Shown here one piece after another: positions 19,461-30,269 of a DNA stretch of 64,000 nt. This DNA comes from Candidatus Saccharimonadota bacterium (GTDB taxonomy: Bacteria > Patescibacteriota > Saccharimonadia > Saccharimonadales > SLHW01), in NCBI GenBank assembly GCA_024635455.1, contig JAGXIU010000002.1:172309-236308 (forward strand), given 5' to 3'. The notes below the pieces were generated by a model. It made no database searches. It had not been told where the DNA came from and was given only the letters and a program-made list of their open reading frames with translations. Both the position numbers and the translations under genes were made by a program. Numbering within the stretch: position 1 is the stretch's first letter; each line of letters starts with the position of its first letter.

Positions 19461-20743
19461 CGAGATTTAAATTGTTGCCTGAGCCATTCATCGAGTGATC
19501 CACCGCCACCAGCTGATAAACAAAGAACCAGGTCACCCGCACGGGCATGCTGCTGAATTGTTTCAAGAAGTGATTCATTGAGTTTAGCTGGTTCAGATGG
19601 TGCGCTTGCTGTGGTTATGTCGGCCAGTCGTTGCGGTGTAAGGTCTTTGAGCGTTTCGTCTTCCCGTGCACGATATGAAGGTACGATGTATAGCCGTTCG
19701 ATTCCCGTAAACAGTGTCTTGAGGTCCTCTTTTATAAAATGCTGTCTAGTGTTGTGCAGGCCCTCATAAACAACTACGACGTCTCCGTTTGCTGTTTCTC
19801 GGGCGATCTGCAACGCACCGCGGATTTTAGCTGGGGTATGTGCGTAATCACTGTAGATATTTTTGCTTATTTCCTCGAATCTCCTACTAACCCCAGGGAA
19901 ATCGTTTAATGCAGTGATAAACTCATCAGTATCAGGCTTCTGCAATAATCGACTTATGGCTAGGGCTACAATCGATGCGTTTTTACGGTTCACGCGACCT
20001 ACCAATGTGCTCGTTTGTAGGTTATCTTCTTTGATAAGTTCTACTTTGTCTGTATCTGCTAGGCTAAGTCGCTCTGCGTCATCTGGCCAGATGAGCGTTC
20101 GCTGACTTTGAGAAATAAAGCGAGAGAAAGCCTGGTTGTACTCATTCCGCGTTGGGTAGATATCTGGATGGTCCCAATCAATACCAGTGATTATACTCAT
20201 AGCTGGCTGGAAGGTCAGAAAATTCTTGTCAAACTCATCAGCCTCGTAGATGAAATACTTTGATTGTTTATCGTATTGCCCCATACTCCCGAAACTGAGT
20301 TTGGCCCCAACTGAATAACTTATAGGGATATTCAGCTGCTTAAGTAACCATATAACCATAGCTGTAGTGGTCGTTTTGCCATGCGTGCCAGCAATAGCGA
20401 TCATCTTTAGGTTATTGTCTTCTAGGAAGTTCGCGATAAATTCGTCACGTTTGCTGGTTTTTATATCGTTCTCACGGCAAAACTGTAACTCTGCACTATC
20501 CGATTGCTCCATAGCCACAGCTGAAGAATATACAAGCCAATCAATTGGGGTCTTGGCGTGAACGTGTTCGATGGCAACACGGTCCTGACCAATGCTGATA
20601 TTGGTAATTCCTTGACTTTTGAGGTAGTCAATATAATCAGAGGGCTGTTTATCAGAGCCAGATACGACATACCCAGCTTGGTGGGCTATTTGAGCGAGTG
20701 GACCAATGGCTGTTCCGCCGATACCGCTGAAGAATACGTGCAT
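19457..20743 (-). CDS. murC: UDP-N-acetylmuramate--L-alanine ligase
   Basis: GIGGTAI, SGSD, AGTHGKTTTT, EADEFD, DHPD, DYAHTP; start at MHVFF. Confidence 0.9.
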   Translation of the reverse strand: MHVFFSGIGGTAIGPLAQIAHQAGYVVSGSDKQPSDYIDYLKSQGITNISIGQDRVAIEHVHAKTPIDWLVYSSAVAMEQSDSAELQFCRENDIKTSKRDEFIANFLEDNNLKMIAIAGTHGKTTTTAMVIWLLKQLNIPISYSVGAKLSFGSMGQYDKQSKYFIYEADEFDKNFLTFQPAMSIITGIDWDHPDIYPTRNEYNQAFSRFISQSQRTLIWPDDAERLSLADTDKVELIKEDNLQTSTLVGRVNRKNASIVALAISRLLQKPDTDEFITALNDFPGVSRRFEEISKNIYSDYAHTPAKIRGALQIARETANGDVVVVYEGLHNTRQHFIKEDLKTLFTGIERLYIVPSYRAREDETLKDLTPQRLADITTASAPSEPAKLNESLLETIQQHARAGDLVLCLSAGGGGSLDEWLRQQFKSR

Positions 20744-20795
20744 ATGTATATGGTACACTGATTATGAGCGAAAAAGTAAAACAAAAACCCCCCTA

Positions 20796-21995
20796 ATGAT
20801 ACAAGCACTTATTAATCGATTCCTTCGGCACCGACATTTCTGGCGTCATGCCACGTTTGATGAATTGAGCCAAATTTATATTAGTAGCTTTTTTCGGATG
20901 ATGGCGTTTAGCCTAGTCGGTATATTTATACCGCTATTTCTATATGACTTAAACTATTCACTCGGTGCAATTTTTGGTTTTTATGTAGCCTATTTTGCTG
21001 CTCGTAGCTTAACGCATCTCCCAGCTGGATTATTAGTGGCTCGTATCGGCCCAAAACACTCTATGATTGTGAGTTTTTTGTTGCAGCTCGTTTCTTCAGT
21101 GATATTTCTGACGTTACCCGATTTTGCTTGGCCACTTTGGGTGGTCGCTTTGATTTTCGCTGCGGCGAACAGCCTATTCTTTACGGCATATCATGTTGAT
21201 TTTTCTAAGGTAAAACATAGTGAGCATGGCGGCAAGGAAATGGGCTTTGCCAGTATCGTTCAGCGTATCGGTGGGGCAATAGGTCCGGTGATCGGTGGAG
21301 TACTCGCTACAGTCTTTGGTCCGCAGTATATCTTCCTTGCAATGATATTGCTGCTGCTGATTGCACTTGGCCCCCTGTTAACATCACCAGAGCCAATACG
21401 AGTCCGCCAGAAAATACGGTTTCGTAATATCCGTCTACGCTCGATTACTCGGGACCTTGTATCATTCACGGGGTTGACCATATCCCACCAACTCTCAGTC
21501 TCGCTTTGGCCGCTGTATCTTGGGATATTCGCACTCGGTGCCAACGCATATTTGAAGTTGGGTGCCTTGAGTTCGGTCGGCTTTGTCGTATCGATATTCA
21601 CAGCATATGCAATCGGTAAAATCGTTGATAAAAAGCGCGGCCGAAGTCTACTAAGAATATCTGCCATGAGTGACGTGTTTATCCAGTTAGTGAAGCCATT
21701 CGTAAACACATTACCATTTGCATTTGTCGTAAACACTGCTGGTGATTCAACCGCTGTTGCTATGCGTATTTCTTTTCAGAAGGGTATGTATGATGCAGCT
21801 GACGATCAGCCCGGCAATCGAATCGTCTATATAACATTGCTAGAAACTGCCGGCTCTGTCGTAAAAACAATTATATGGGTGGCACTACTCTTAGTGGGTT
21901 ACGCAGTAAGCTTTGAAATTGCTATCATCGTCGGCTTTGTCGTAGCGGCGTTATCAAACTTCCTAACGGTGAGCGAGCGGTTCAAGGGGCTATAA
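20796..21995 (+). CDS. MFS transporter
   Basis: About 12 TMs; ATG 20796 avoids overlap with murC. Confidence 0.8.
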   Translation: MIQALINRFLRHRHFWRHATFDELSQIYISSFFRMMAFSLVGIFIPLFLYDLNYSLGAIFGFYVAYFAARSLTHLPAGLLVARIGPKHSMIVSFLLQLVSSVIFLTLPDFAWPLWVVALIFAAANSLFFTAYHVDFSKVKHSEHGGKEMGFASIVQRIGGAIGPVIGGVLATVFGPQYIFLAMILLLLIALGPLLTSPEPIRVRQKIRFRNIRLRSITRDLVSFTGLTISHQLSVSLWPLYLGIFALGANAYLKLGALSSVGFVVSIFTAYAIGKIVDKKRGRSLLRISAMSDVFIQLVKPFVNTLPFAFVVNTAGDSTAVAMRISFQKGMYDAADDQPGNRIVYITLLETAGSVVKTIIWVALLLVGYAVSFEIAIIVGFVVAALSNFLTVSERFKGL

Positions 21996-22002
21996 TAGAT
22001 AT

Positions 22003-22611
22003 ATGCACAAGCGACTACTTCATCACTACGAAAAACGCCTCCGTCCAATATCTGGTTGGTATCTACTGATTGCAACAGTTTTTTTCTTGAGTATCGGGGC
22101 ATTTGCACTACGACAGAACAATTTACGTATGATCGAGCTTCGTGATCAAGTTTTCCAGGCCGATGAGTCAGGTGAGGGTGTTGAGAGCGCTTTGCGTGAT
22201 CTTCGTGCCCACGTACACAGTCATATGAACGCAGATCTTACCTCTAGCGATACGGCAATTCATCCACCAATCCAGCTGCAGCATACCTATGAGCGCCTAG
22301 TGGACAAAGAACAAGCTCGGGTTCGTGCCGCAAACCAATCAGTCTACCAGGATGCTGAGCGTATTTGTGAGGGGCGTTTTCCTGCAGGCCGCTTGGCTAA
22401 TGGGCGTGTCCAGTGCGTCGAGCAATATGTACTTGAAAACGGTATACAGGCAAAAGAGATGCCCAAAGAGCTCTATCAATTTGATTTTGTTGCTCCTCGC
22501 TGGTCACCAGACCTCGCTGGTTGGAGCTTATTGCTCGGATTCATTGCTGGATTCTTCTTACTAATTCGCACAAGTGTTGCACTGTGGTTGCGTCACCGAT
22601 TGAACCAATAA
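22003..22611 (+). CDS. Two-TM hypothetical protein
   Basis: 202-aa ORF, TMs at both ends, WSPDLAG motif. Confidence 0.7.
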   Translation: MHKRLLHHYEKRLRPISGWYLLIATVFFLSIGAFALRQNNLRMIELRDQVFQADESGEGVESALRDLRAHVHSHMNADLTSSDTAIHPPIQLQHTYERLVDKEQARVRAANQSVYQDAERICEGRFPAGRLANGRVQCVEQYVLENGIQAKEMPKELYQFDFVAPRWSPDLAGWSLLLGFIAGFFLLIRTSVALWLRHRLNQ

Positions 22612-22642
22612 AATAACCCCTTGAGTTCACAAGGGGTTATTT
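22611..22642. terminator. Bidirectional intrinsic terminator
   Basis: AAATAACCCCTTG-AGTTCA-CAAGGGGTTATTT between convergent genes. Confidence 0.8.
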
Positions 22643-22664
22643 GTTATTACGACAGGCCTAAGAC

Positions 22665-23396
22665 TTATTCGAGGTTTAGATCTTCGTCGTTTGCACTTGC
22701 ACCAGTGTCGTTTGGCGCATCAGTTCCTGTTGGAGCAGTTTGTTGTTGTCCAGCCCCGGCAGCTCCTGCCTCTTGGGATGTATCACAATCTTGTCCGTCA
22801 GGATTTTCTTCTCTGTAGGTAGCTATTGCTTCCGTTACATCACCGTCACCCTTTAGGTTTTCCCAGAAAACAACTTGCTCTCTATTTATGAGCATCTCAT
22901 CTTGTGGGCCGTGTAGCTCACAACCTAATTTCACAAGTGATATGTCATCTCCTTGGGGTAGTTGACCTTCTTCAGTTGGTTGTACTTGTTGGTTGACGCG
23001 TAAGTAGTAAATGTCTACGAGGCGTAAGAATTTGTTGTTTAGATCAGTCGTCTTACCAAAGTAAACTTGGCCACCATTTAGGAAGACTGCTTGATATGCA
23101 TCATCTTCAACGTAGCGAGCTTCGTTTTTGTTTGGTCCACCGATAACCATGTAAGTTATGAGTGCGATTACCAAAATCGTTGCAGAGAACAACAGGGCAA
23201 TTGAAGCGAACTTCATGTTTAGAAATTTTCGTTTGCTTGTTTCGCTTGGCTTCTTACCACTTGAGCTAAACAAGTCACTGTTTGATTTAGGCGCAGCTGG
23301 ATTTGCTACCGGATTGGCAGGATTGCCTTGCTGCCCACTTTGATTACTCGCGTTTGGTTGTGTTGGTCGACCACCACGATTTGCGTTTAAGTCCAT
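22665..23396 (-). CDS. Single-TM hypothetical protein
   Basis: YQAVFLNGGQVYFGK...LVKLGCELHGPQD domain after a TM. Confidence 0.75.
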   Translation of the reverse strand: MDLNANRGGRPTQPNASNQSGQQGNPANPVANPAAPKSNSDLFSSSGKKPSETSKRKFLNMKFASIALLFSATILVIALITYMVIGGPNKNEARYVEDDAYQAVFLNGGQVYFGKTTDLNNKFLRLVDIYYLRVNQQVQPTEEGQLPQGDDISLVKLGCELHGPQDEMLINREQVVFWENLKGDGDVTEAIATYREENPDGQDCDTSQEAGAAGAGQQQTAPTGTDAPNDTGASANDEDLNLE

Positions 23397-23603
23397 AGAA
23401 TTTAACCACCTTTACATTTTCTTTATACAATCTACATTGTAATGCATAAGCATGTTTGCTTGCAACTACTTCTTGCGTTAAAGATATTTCTCCCTGTATA
23501 ACACCTTGAGAGGAGTAGATTTTACGACGACCCCTTGACAAGAGTAATCTGACAGGCGTATGGTGTAATCACTATTAGTTAAGAGAGAGGGAGAAGTCAA
23601 ACT

Positions 23604-23804
23604 ATGGCTTACAAGCACACAAATTCAAAAGGTGTCACATATTACTTGAACTCAAAGGAAGTCACACTTCGTGGCGGAAAACTTCAGACAATTTATTACT
23701 TCAGTAAGGACGAGCGTTCTGAGACTGCTACTGATCTACCAGCAGGTATGGAAGTAAACGAAAACCCACGCAACGGCTTCTTAACCGTTAAGCGAACAAA
23801 ATAG
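23604..23804 (+). CDS. Small hypothetical protein (66 aa)
   Basis: GGGAG SD, TTGACA promoter upstream, own terminator. Confidence 0.8.
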   Translation: MAYKHTNSKGVTYYLNSKEVTLRGGKLQTIYYFSKDERSETATDLPAGMEVNENPRNGFLTVKRTK

Positions 23805-23823
23805 TACATACTATTTCGAAGAG

Positions 23824-23856
23824 ATGCACCGGCTATACCGCCGGTGCATTTTTTTT
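23824..23856 (+). terminator. Intrinsic terminator
   Basis: ATGCACCGGC-TATACC-GCCGGTGCAT followed by a T-run. Confidence 0.85.
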
Positions 23857-23870
23857 GATAAAATACTTCA

Positions 23871-24629
23871 ATGAGTAACGCTATTCTTGAAGTTAAAAAT
23901 CTAAAAAAAGCCTACGGCTCTAATATGGCCGTTGATGGTGTGAGTTTTAGTGTAAAGCGGGGTGAAGTGTTCGGCATACTTGGCCCGAATGGTGCTGGCA
24001 AAACGACCACGCTAGAAATGATTGAAGCTATGCGGCCAATAGATGGTGGTACGTGCGTATTGGACGGGATAGATGTGTCCAAGAACTCTCGCAAAATTAA
24101 GCAGATGATCGGTGTGCAGCCTCAAACAGCTTCATTCGAAGAAAAAACAAAATTGACCGAGCTACTAGAGTTTTTTGCCTCAACCTACGGGGAGCGAGTC
24201 GACACGACAAAGTTACTTGCTGATATGCAGCTAAGCGAGAAGGCCGACGCCTATCCAGAGAGCTTATCTGGTGGTCAGCGCCAGCGATTTTCTATCGCCG
24301 CAGCGCTGGTAAATAAACCAACAGTATTATTTTTAGACGAACCGACAACCGGGCTTGACCCTCAGGCTCGCCGCAACTTATGGGACCTCATAGAGTCGAT
24401 ACGCGATAATGGTGTCACAGTTATATTGACGACCCATTATATGGACGAAGCAGAAAAGCTTTGTGACCGAGTGGCAATTATGGACGGAGGTAAAATCATT
24501 GCACTAGACAGTCCTGACAAACTCATTAAGAAGCTCCTTAAACGTGGCTTCAAAAAAGAAAAGCAAGTCGCGCAGGCGAATCTTGAAGATGTATTCATAG
24601 ACTTAACAGGCAAGGAGTTGCGGGCATGA
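23871..24629 (+). CDS. ABC transporter ATP-binding protein
   Basis: GPNGAGKTT, LSGGQ, FLDEPTTGLDP, TTHYM. Confidence 0.95.
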   Translation: MSNAILEVKNLKKAYGSNMAVDGVSFSVKRGEVFGILGPNGAGKTTTLEMIEAMRPIDGGTCVLDGIDVSKNSRKIKQMIGVQPQTASFEEKTKLTELLEFFASTYGERVDTTKLLADMQLSEKADAYPESLSGGQRQRFSIAAALVNKPTVLFLDEPTTGLDPQARRNLWDLIESIRDNGVTVILTTHYMDEAEKLCDRVAIMDGGKIIALDSPDKLIKKLLKRGFKKEKQVAQANLEDVFIDLTGKELRA

Positions 24630-25735
24630 TGAAGCAATTACGACCAGTTTTTACTTTTGCTAAGATCGATATCCGTCGACTTTTCCGAGATAAGACCGGA
24701 ATATTCTTTATCTTTGTATTCCCTCTGATTTTCTTGTTGGTTTTCGGTGGTATATTCGGACGCGAAACTGACATTTCATTCAACATTGGCCTTATCAACA
24801 ACTCAGACAGTGCGTTTTCGCAAAACTTTGTCGAGCAGCTGGAGGAAAACGAGGTCTTCACTATCAACGAAGAGGTTTCGTCAGAAGAGCAGGCGCTCGA
24901 GGAGATGAACCGCGGGTCAGTCGACGCACTGATTACGCTCCCAGAGGGTTTCGGTGCAGTATCGGATGAAGCTGGCTATCCGAGTGGCACTGCCGAAGTT
25001 CTCTATGACCGAGGTAACGAGCAGGCCGGCGTAACTCTTGGCTCCATTCTCGAGAGCGTATTTGCGGAAATTAACGCCGAGTTCGTCATTGTTGAAACAC
25101 CATTCACTGTCGCGGTTGAGGCGACGGAGATAGAGGGTTTAACCACGCTTGATTATATTTTCTCTGGTTTGCTCGGGTTTACTATCCTCTCACTCGGGGT
25201 ATTCGGTCCAACAACTGTTTTCCCACGCATGAAGGAACGAGGCATCTTGCGTCGTTATCACACGACGCCTATTCGTGTATGGCAGTACTTTGCTGCTAAC
25301 GTGTTGTCTAACTCATTCGTTGGCCTTATGGCGGTCGCCTTGATGTTCGTTGTAGCAGTGATGCTGTTCGACGTGTCCATGAGGGGTGACTACATTAGCT
25401 TAATACTGCTGACTATTCTTGGTACCATCGTGTTGTTTGGTGTTGGCTTGGCTGCCGGTGGTTGGGCAAAAAATGAGAATCAGGCAGCACCATTGGCTAA
25501 CTTAGTAGCGTTTCCAATGATGTTTTTGAGCGGTGTTTTCTTCCCGCGATTCCTTATGCCTGAGTGGTTACAGACAGTTTCGAACTTCTTCCCGCTAACA
25601 CCACTTATCGATGGACTACGACTGATTATTACAGAAGGGCGAACGTTGCTTGAGCTTGGGCCGGAGCTTGCCATGCTCGGTGGTTGGTTGGTGTTGATTT
25701 ATTTGGTGGCCTTTCGGGTATTTCGCTGGGAATAG
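24626..25735 (+). CDS. ABC-2 type transporter permease
   Basis: TM, extracellular domain, five TMs; FLSGVFFP; overlaps the ATPase stop. Confidence 0.9.
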   Translation: MMKQLRPVFTFAKIDIRRLFRDKTGIFFIFVFPLIFLLVFGGIFGRETDISFNIGLINNSDSAFSQNFVEQLEENEVFTINEEVSSEEQALEEMNRGSVDALITLPEGFGAVSDEAGYPSGTAEVLYDRGNEQAGVTLGSILESVFAEINAEFVIVETPFTVAVEATEIEGLTTLDYIFSGLLGFTILSLGVFGPTTVFPRMKERGILRRYHTTPIRVWQYFAANVLSNSFVGLMAVALMFVVAVMLFDVSMRGDYISLILLTILGTIVLFGVGLAAGGWAKNENQAAPLANLVAFPMMFLSGVFFPRFLMPEWLQTVSNFFPLTPLIDGLRLIITEGRTLLELGPELAMLGGWLVLIYLVAFRVFRWE

Positions 25736-26175
25736 CGACTGGAAACTAGGGGTCAGGATCTAGTAATTAGGGATTTGTCTTTTGCTTTGCAAAAGAAAAC
25801 ATACTTTTGTCTCCAGCTACAAAAGTATGCAAAAGAGCCGCAGGCAGCTCATCACATGCCTACTAAGCCGATAGTCAAAAATAGGCTCGCTGTGGAACTC
25901 ACAAAAACAGTGCCACCAGCACTGTTTTTCCTCAAACAGTCCTCGCGACCAAGTACGCCTCTTTTTCACATCGTCTTAATCGGTTGCAATGAGAGCCTGA
26001 GCACCCAGGATTGGTAACAGTCAACTATTGTCTGTGCGGCTCACCAATCAGTTCGGTCAAAGCCTGTAATTAGCGGCTAGGGATTAATAAGCAGGGGTTA
26101 GGGTTGAACGCGCACATCGATGTCCGTGTTGGGTTCTGGTTGCTGATTATGCTTAAGTGTGATATAATATATTAC

Positions 26176-26499
26176 ATGTCAGAATTTAAAAGTAATCCTA
26201 ACAAGAATATGCGCGATGATATGAATCGTGGCGTAAGCCCTGATTCTTTAGAGGATTTAGGTTATGATGTTCCTAAACATATGTTGAGAGATGACTTTGC
26301 CCCAGATATTGAACAGACTGAATATCCATTTGATGATACAGAGCCTCAGTCAGAAGACGAGCCACAAACTCGTTCGACGCGTCAGCAGCTTGGTAGAGTG
26401 ACAATTGCTCAGGCCAGGGAGAACGCACGTAAGCACGAAGCACAGCACCGCCAACGTCGTGGTGAAGAGCGTCGCATCAATCTGCCCCGCCCAGAATAG
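26176..26499 (+). CDS. Hypothetical protein
   Basis: TGA-TATAAT 7 nt before ATG 26176; hydrophilic ORF. Confidence 0.6.
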   Translation: MSEFKSNPNKNMRDDMNRGVSPDSLEDLGYDVPKHMLRDDFAPDIEQTEYPFDDTEPQSEDEPQTRSTRQQLGRVTIAQARENARKHEAQHRQRRGEERRINLPRPE

Positions 26500-26536
26500 T
26501 AACGTAATTTTTCTATACACAACTCTCGAGTAATAG

Positions 26537-27811
26537 ATGTCTAAAATTGAGCAAGAGCAACTTATTGTGAGTAATGAGCGCACGCAGCACTATGCGGTGC
26601 GTGACTTCTCTGAGAGCGGTCCGGCAGTCAATCTGCTGGAGCGTAATATTCGACTGCAAAACGTGCTTGATCTGCTCAAAGAAAAACAGCGTCTAGAGAA
26701 TTACCGCTGGGTGCTGGGTCGAGACACTGATTTAGACGATGAGGTTCGCGACGCCCGAGTGGAGTCGACCAGTGCATCAATAATAAATGTCACCAAGCAC
26801 ACGAAAGAGCAGTTCGCCCACGCTGCTGGTATGTATGCCTTAATCGATAGTGGTGTCGATGAGCACATCGCCCGCCGAACCACACGCTCGGCTTTTTCAG
26901 ATTTTTTGCAGCGTGGCTCAGGAATTCGTGATGATAAGAAGGCAAAAGCGTTGCGCACCAGGCTAGAGGAGGCTTATCCGCTGATTGAAGCGACGACACC
27001 GATAGATATTCCTATGAATGAAGCTGAGGCAACTGCTGAAGAGCCGCCAGGTACGAGCAGGGTATCACGTGAACGACGAGCCGCTCGAGAAGATATTATG
27101 CGAATCCGCAGCGATGACCGGGCAGGTTTTTTGCCGGCAACTCACAAGGAAAAGAACTTGGTCTTGCCATGGCTTGATTACCTCGATAATCCGGATCGTC
27201 CGCGGGGAGTCTGGCACCAACTTGAAGAAGTCTTTGCTCATCAGCAAAAGCATCACCACGGCATCAGCGGCGGAGTTGAGGCGTTGCGCAGCATTGTCTA
27301 CGAGGTTACGGATTACGCGAACAACGCTGGAGCATCGGTTCATGCACTAGAAGATCTTCAAGCGCGCATCGACGACCTTGTGCACTATCGCTACAGTTTA
27401 GCGGAAGAGTTTGGCGATAGCCACGATGCCTACGCGGTACTGGCACGGCATATCGATATCACAGGCTTGTTGCGCCAGAATCCACGTAGCACGGCAGATA
27501 TGATGACAACCAAAGAAGTTCGGTGGGAGCACGAAGGTTCAGGCAAGCACAAGCGTATCGAAGACCAATACACGACCGAAACACCCACCGAGGCTTATCA
27601 GAAACGAATCGAAACAGTAGCCGCAACGCCAATTGTGGAGGTTCGTTCCGTTATCGCTGCTGCGCTGTTATCAGAACGTCGTCGCGCCGGATTTTATACA
27701 GCGCGACTGGAGGAGATTGTCTCGCACGCTCCACGCAGTCGTTATATGCAAGAAGTGACACGTATTGCCCAAGAGGCGCTTGGTACGTACACTGATAAAG
27801 ATGAAAAATAG
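26537..27811 (+). CDS. Hypothetical helical protein
   Basis: 424-aa ORF, overlaps dus start; no recognised motif. Confidence 0.75.
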   Translation: MSKIEQEQLIVSNERTQHYAVRDFSESGPAVNLLERNIRLQNVLDLLKEKQRLENYRWVLGRDTDLDDEVRDARVESTSASIINVTKHTKEQFAHAAGMYALIDSGVDEHIARRTTRSAFSDFLQRGSGIRDDKKAKALRTRLEEAYPLIEATTPIDIPMNEAEATAEEPPGTSRVSRERRAAREDIMRIRSDDRAGFLPATHKEKNLVLPWLDYLDNPDRPRGVWHQLEEVFAHQQKHHHGISGGVEALRSIVYEVTDYANNAGASVHALEDLQARIDDLVHYRYSLAEEFGDSHDAYAVLARHIDITGLLRQNPRSTADMMTTKEVRWEHEGSGKHKRIEDQYTTETPTEAYQKRIETVAATPIVEVRSVIAAALLSERRRAGFYTARLEEIVSHAPRSRYMQEVTRIAQEALGTYTDKDEK

Positions 27812-28802
27812 TTGGCGTAAGTTACCAAAGCCCTACTTTATTTTGGCACCAATGGATGATGTGACCGATACGGTGTTTCGCCGTGTGGTTGGTGGTTGCG
27901 CTGCACCAGATATGTACTTTACCGAATTTGTGAATGTCGATGGCTTGCAGAGTCCCGGTAGACCTCGGCTACTCAATCGATTACAGTTTAGCGCATCTGA
28001 ACAACCACTTATTGCACAAATTTGGGGCAGGACACCTGAAAATTACTACAAGACAGCAAAAGAACTGGCTGACGGCACATTTGCGCGTGAATCAAGCGGA
28101 TTAGAAGATATCAACTACGCAGGCATTGATATTAATATGGGGTGTCCTGATAAGGCCGTCGTGAAGAACGGTTGTTGTGTCGCGCTTGTCAACGATCGAC
28201 CACTTGCCAAAGAAATAATTCAAGCGACGCAAGAAGGCGCTGGGGGTAAGCTACCCGTCAGCGTCAAAACACGTCTTGGGTTTAATGAAGTCGATTATTC
28301 TTGGCCAGAGTTTTTGCTTCAGCAGAAGCTTGACGTGTTAAGCATTCACGGTAGAACACGAAAGCAGATGAGCAAAGTCCCGGCAGACTGGGGTGCTATC
28401 GGTGCTATACGCCAGCTACGAGACGATATGGACATCGAGACACACATAGTAGGTAACGGAGATGTCATGAGTCGAGAGCATGGTCTGGCTCTTGCCCAGG
28501 AGCATCAGTTGGACGGCATTATGATTGGTCGCGGGATTTTCCAGGATCCGTTTGTGTTTGCCGAGCAGTCGCCGTGGGCCGAATACAGCAAACAGCAGAA
28601 GCTCGACTTATATGAGAAGCATGTGCGCTTATTTCAAGAAACGTGGGGCACTAGCGGTCGTCATATACGTGTGCTTAATAAGTTTTGTAAGATATATATC
28701 AATGAGTTTCCTGGCGCCAAAGAAGTTCGCGACATGTTAATGAACGCAAAAGATGCAGACGAACTCTTACATATAATCAAAGAAGCAGGTCAGAATGGCT
28801 GA
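27801..28802 (+). CDS. dus: tRNA-dihydrouridine synthase
   Basis: LAPMDDVTD, IDINMGCP, VSVKTRLG, IHGRT, GNGDV, MIGRG. Confidence 0.93.
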   Translation: MKNSWRKLPKPYFILAPMDDVTDTVFRRVVGGCAAPDMYFTEFVNVDGLQSPGRPRLLNRLQFSASEQPLIAQIWGRTPENYYKTAKELADGTFARESSGLEDINYAGIDINMGCPDKAVVKNGCCVALVNDRPLAKEIIQATQEGAGGKLPVSVKTRLGFNEVDYSWPEFLLQQKLDVLSIHGRTRKQMSKVPADWGAIGAIRQLRDDMDIETHIVGNGDVMSREHGLALAQEHQLDGIMIGRGIFQDPFVFAEQSPWAEYSKQQKLDLYEKHVRLFQETWGTSGRHIRVLNKFCKIYINEFPGAKEVRDMLMNAKDADELLHIIKEAGQNG

Positions 28803-29289
28803 GCAGGAACCAGCATTATCCGTAGAAATCGAACCAGGCTTCTCTGATGATAGAAAGAAGCGCCTAAACCATGTACTACAGGGCGTGAGGGAGCTCTTAC
28901 ACGAACAGCAGCTCGATGTTGAGTCTGAGCATGTTGGCGCACGAGTTCGTTTACAGGATGGTGTTGAACTGTATATACACGCTGGTAGCGAAAACTTTTC
29001 ATTGGAGCAACGCTGGGAGGTCCTGACACCTGACTCTTGGTTGCTTATATCTTTTGCCGCGCACTCACTTGATGAGGATGCCCCTCTTGGCCGGTTGAAG
29101 GGCTCATTGTTGAAGCTTGGGGCAAAAGGTCTGCACGTTGCTAAGGACGCAGCTGGTATTCGGGATGAGCCTGAGCAACTTAGTGTTTTGCCTGAAGTGC
29201 CAGCCAGCCATCAACAACACCTTGAGTTGTCAGTATTTTTAAGTCGAGCCATTGCTCGTGTTCGAGGGAAGTCGAACCTGGATCAATAA
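28795..29289 (+). CDS. Hypothetical protein
   Basis: 164-aa ORF overlapping the dus stop. Confidence 0.6.
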   Translation: MAEQEPALSVEIEPGFSDDRKKRLNHVLQGVRELLHEQQLDVESEHVGARVRLQDGVELYIHAGSENFSLEQRWEVLTPDSWLLISFAAHSLDEDAPLGRLKGSLLKLGAKGLHVAKDAAGIRDEPEQLSVLPEVPASHQQHLELSVFLSRAIARVRGKSNLDQ

Positions 29290-29302
29290 AGCATCGGGTT
29301 GG

Positions 29303-30187
29303 TTACAACCGGTGTTGGTATAAGAAGTTCCACATTTCTTGCGTAGACGGAGGTACTGAATCAGGTAATTGCCATATACGCCATTGTGGCCATCGGTGCG
29401 AGGTATCATAAATCCGCTGTACAAGTTGATTATTATTGTCTGATTCCCACGTATATTCATCGTACGCATCTGTTTGCTGAAGTTGCTTATCGCGTAGTCC
29501 GTAGTGTGTTGCCCATATCTCAGCGGTATCATTTGCTGGCAAAAAGTTGAAGCCGGCACTGGAAAGCTGTTCATTTAGCGGTACATAATTATCAGTGGTG
29601 CCTTGCACAAGTAGCAGAGGTGCTTGTGCATCGCTGATATCTAGCGTTGTCTCGCGGTCGCCGACGCCGCTCATGACACTTACTCCCGCTGCAAATAAAT
29701 CTGGCCGTTCGTGTAACAGTCGCTGAGCTAACATGCCGCCGTTTGAAAACCCGACAACATAGATGCGCTGGCTATCTATTGCATTATCTTTACGTATGTC
29801 GTCTATCATAGCGGTAATAAAAGCGATGTCATCTATGTCGTTTTGGGATGCCCAGCCACAGCAGAATTTTCCGTTCCAAGATTGTTTTTGGCCAGAAGGG
29901 AGCGCTAGGGTGACGTCCTCTTTGTCCGCTAGTATATGGAGTCCTGAATAAGCACTCATCCACCATGCACGATCATGAAAGCCATGGAGCCCTATTAGCA
30001 GTGGTCTCGCTTCATCATTCGAGCCATTAACCAGTCGATATGAGCGCTCTTCATTCTGCACCGAAACGGTTTTTACCGGTGTAAATAGCAGCTTTCTATC
30101 GCTGGGAGCGAGGATAAAGAAAAACAACACAACAGCTGAAACCAGTGCTACAAACAGCACAACAAAGGTGAAGAGAATTATCCGCAT
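29303..30187 (-). CDS. Secreted alpha/beta hydrolase (PHB-depolymerase/LpqC-like esterase)
   Basis: LHG, WNGKFCC, DDIAFI, GFSNGG nucleophile elbow, GTTD, HRWP. Confidence 0.85.
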   Translation of the reverse strand: MRIILFTFVVLFVALVSAVVLFFFILAPSDRKLLFTPVKTVSVQNEERSYRLVNGSNDEARPLLIGLHGFHDRAWWMSAYSGLHILADKEDVTLALPSGQKQSWNGKFCCGWASQNDIDDIAFITAMIDDIRKDNAIDSQRIYVVGFSNGGMLAQRLLHERPDLFAAGVSVMSGVGDRETTLDISDAQAPLLLVQGTTDNYVPLNEQLSSAGFNFLPANDTAEIWATHYGLRDKQLQQTDAYDEYTWESDNNNQLVQRIYDTSHRWPQWRIWQLPDSVPPSTQEMWNFLYQHRL

Positions 30188-30269
30188 ATGTTTCAGTATG
30201 ACACTTTTCGTATTTTTTGACTACGAGTTACCTCTTGTATCTGGTAAAATGAGGCAGTCTGACCCATAT

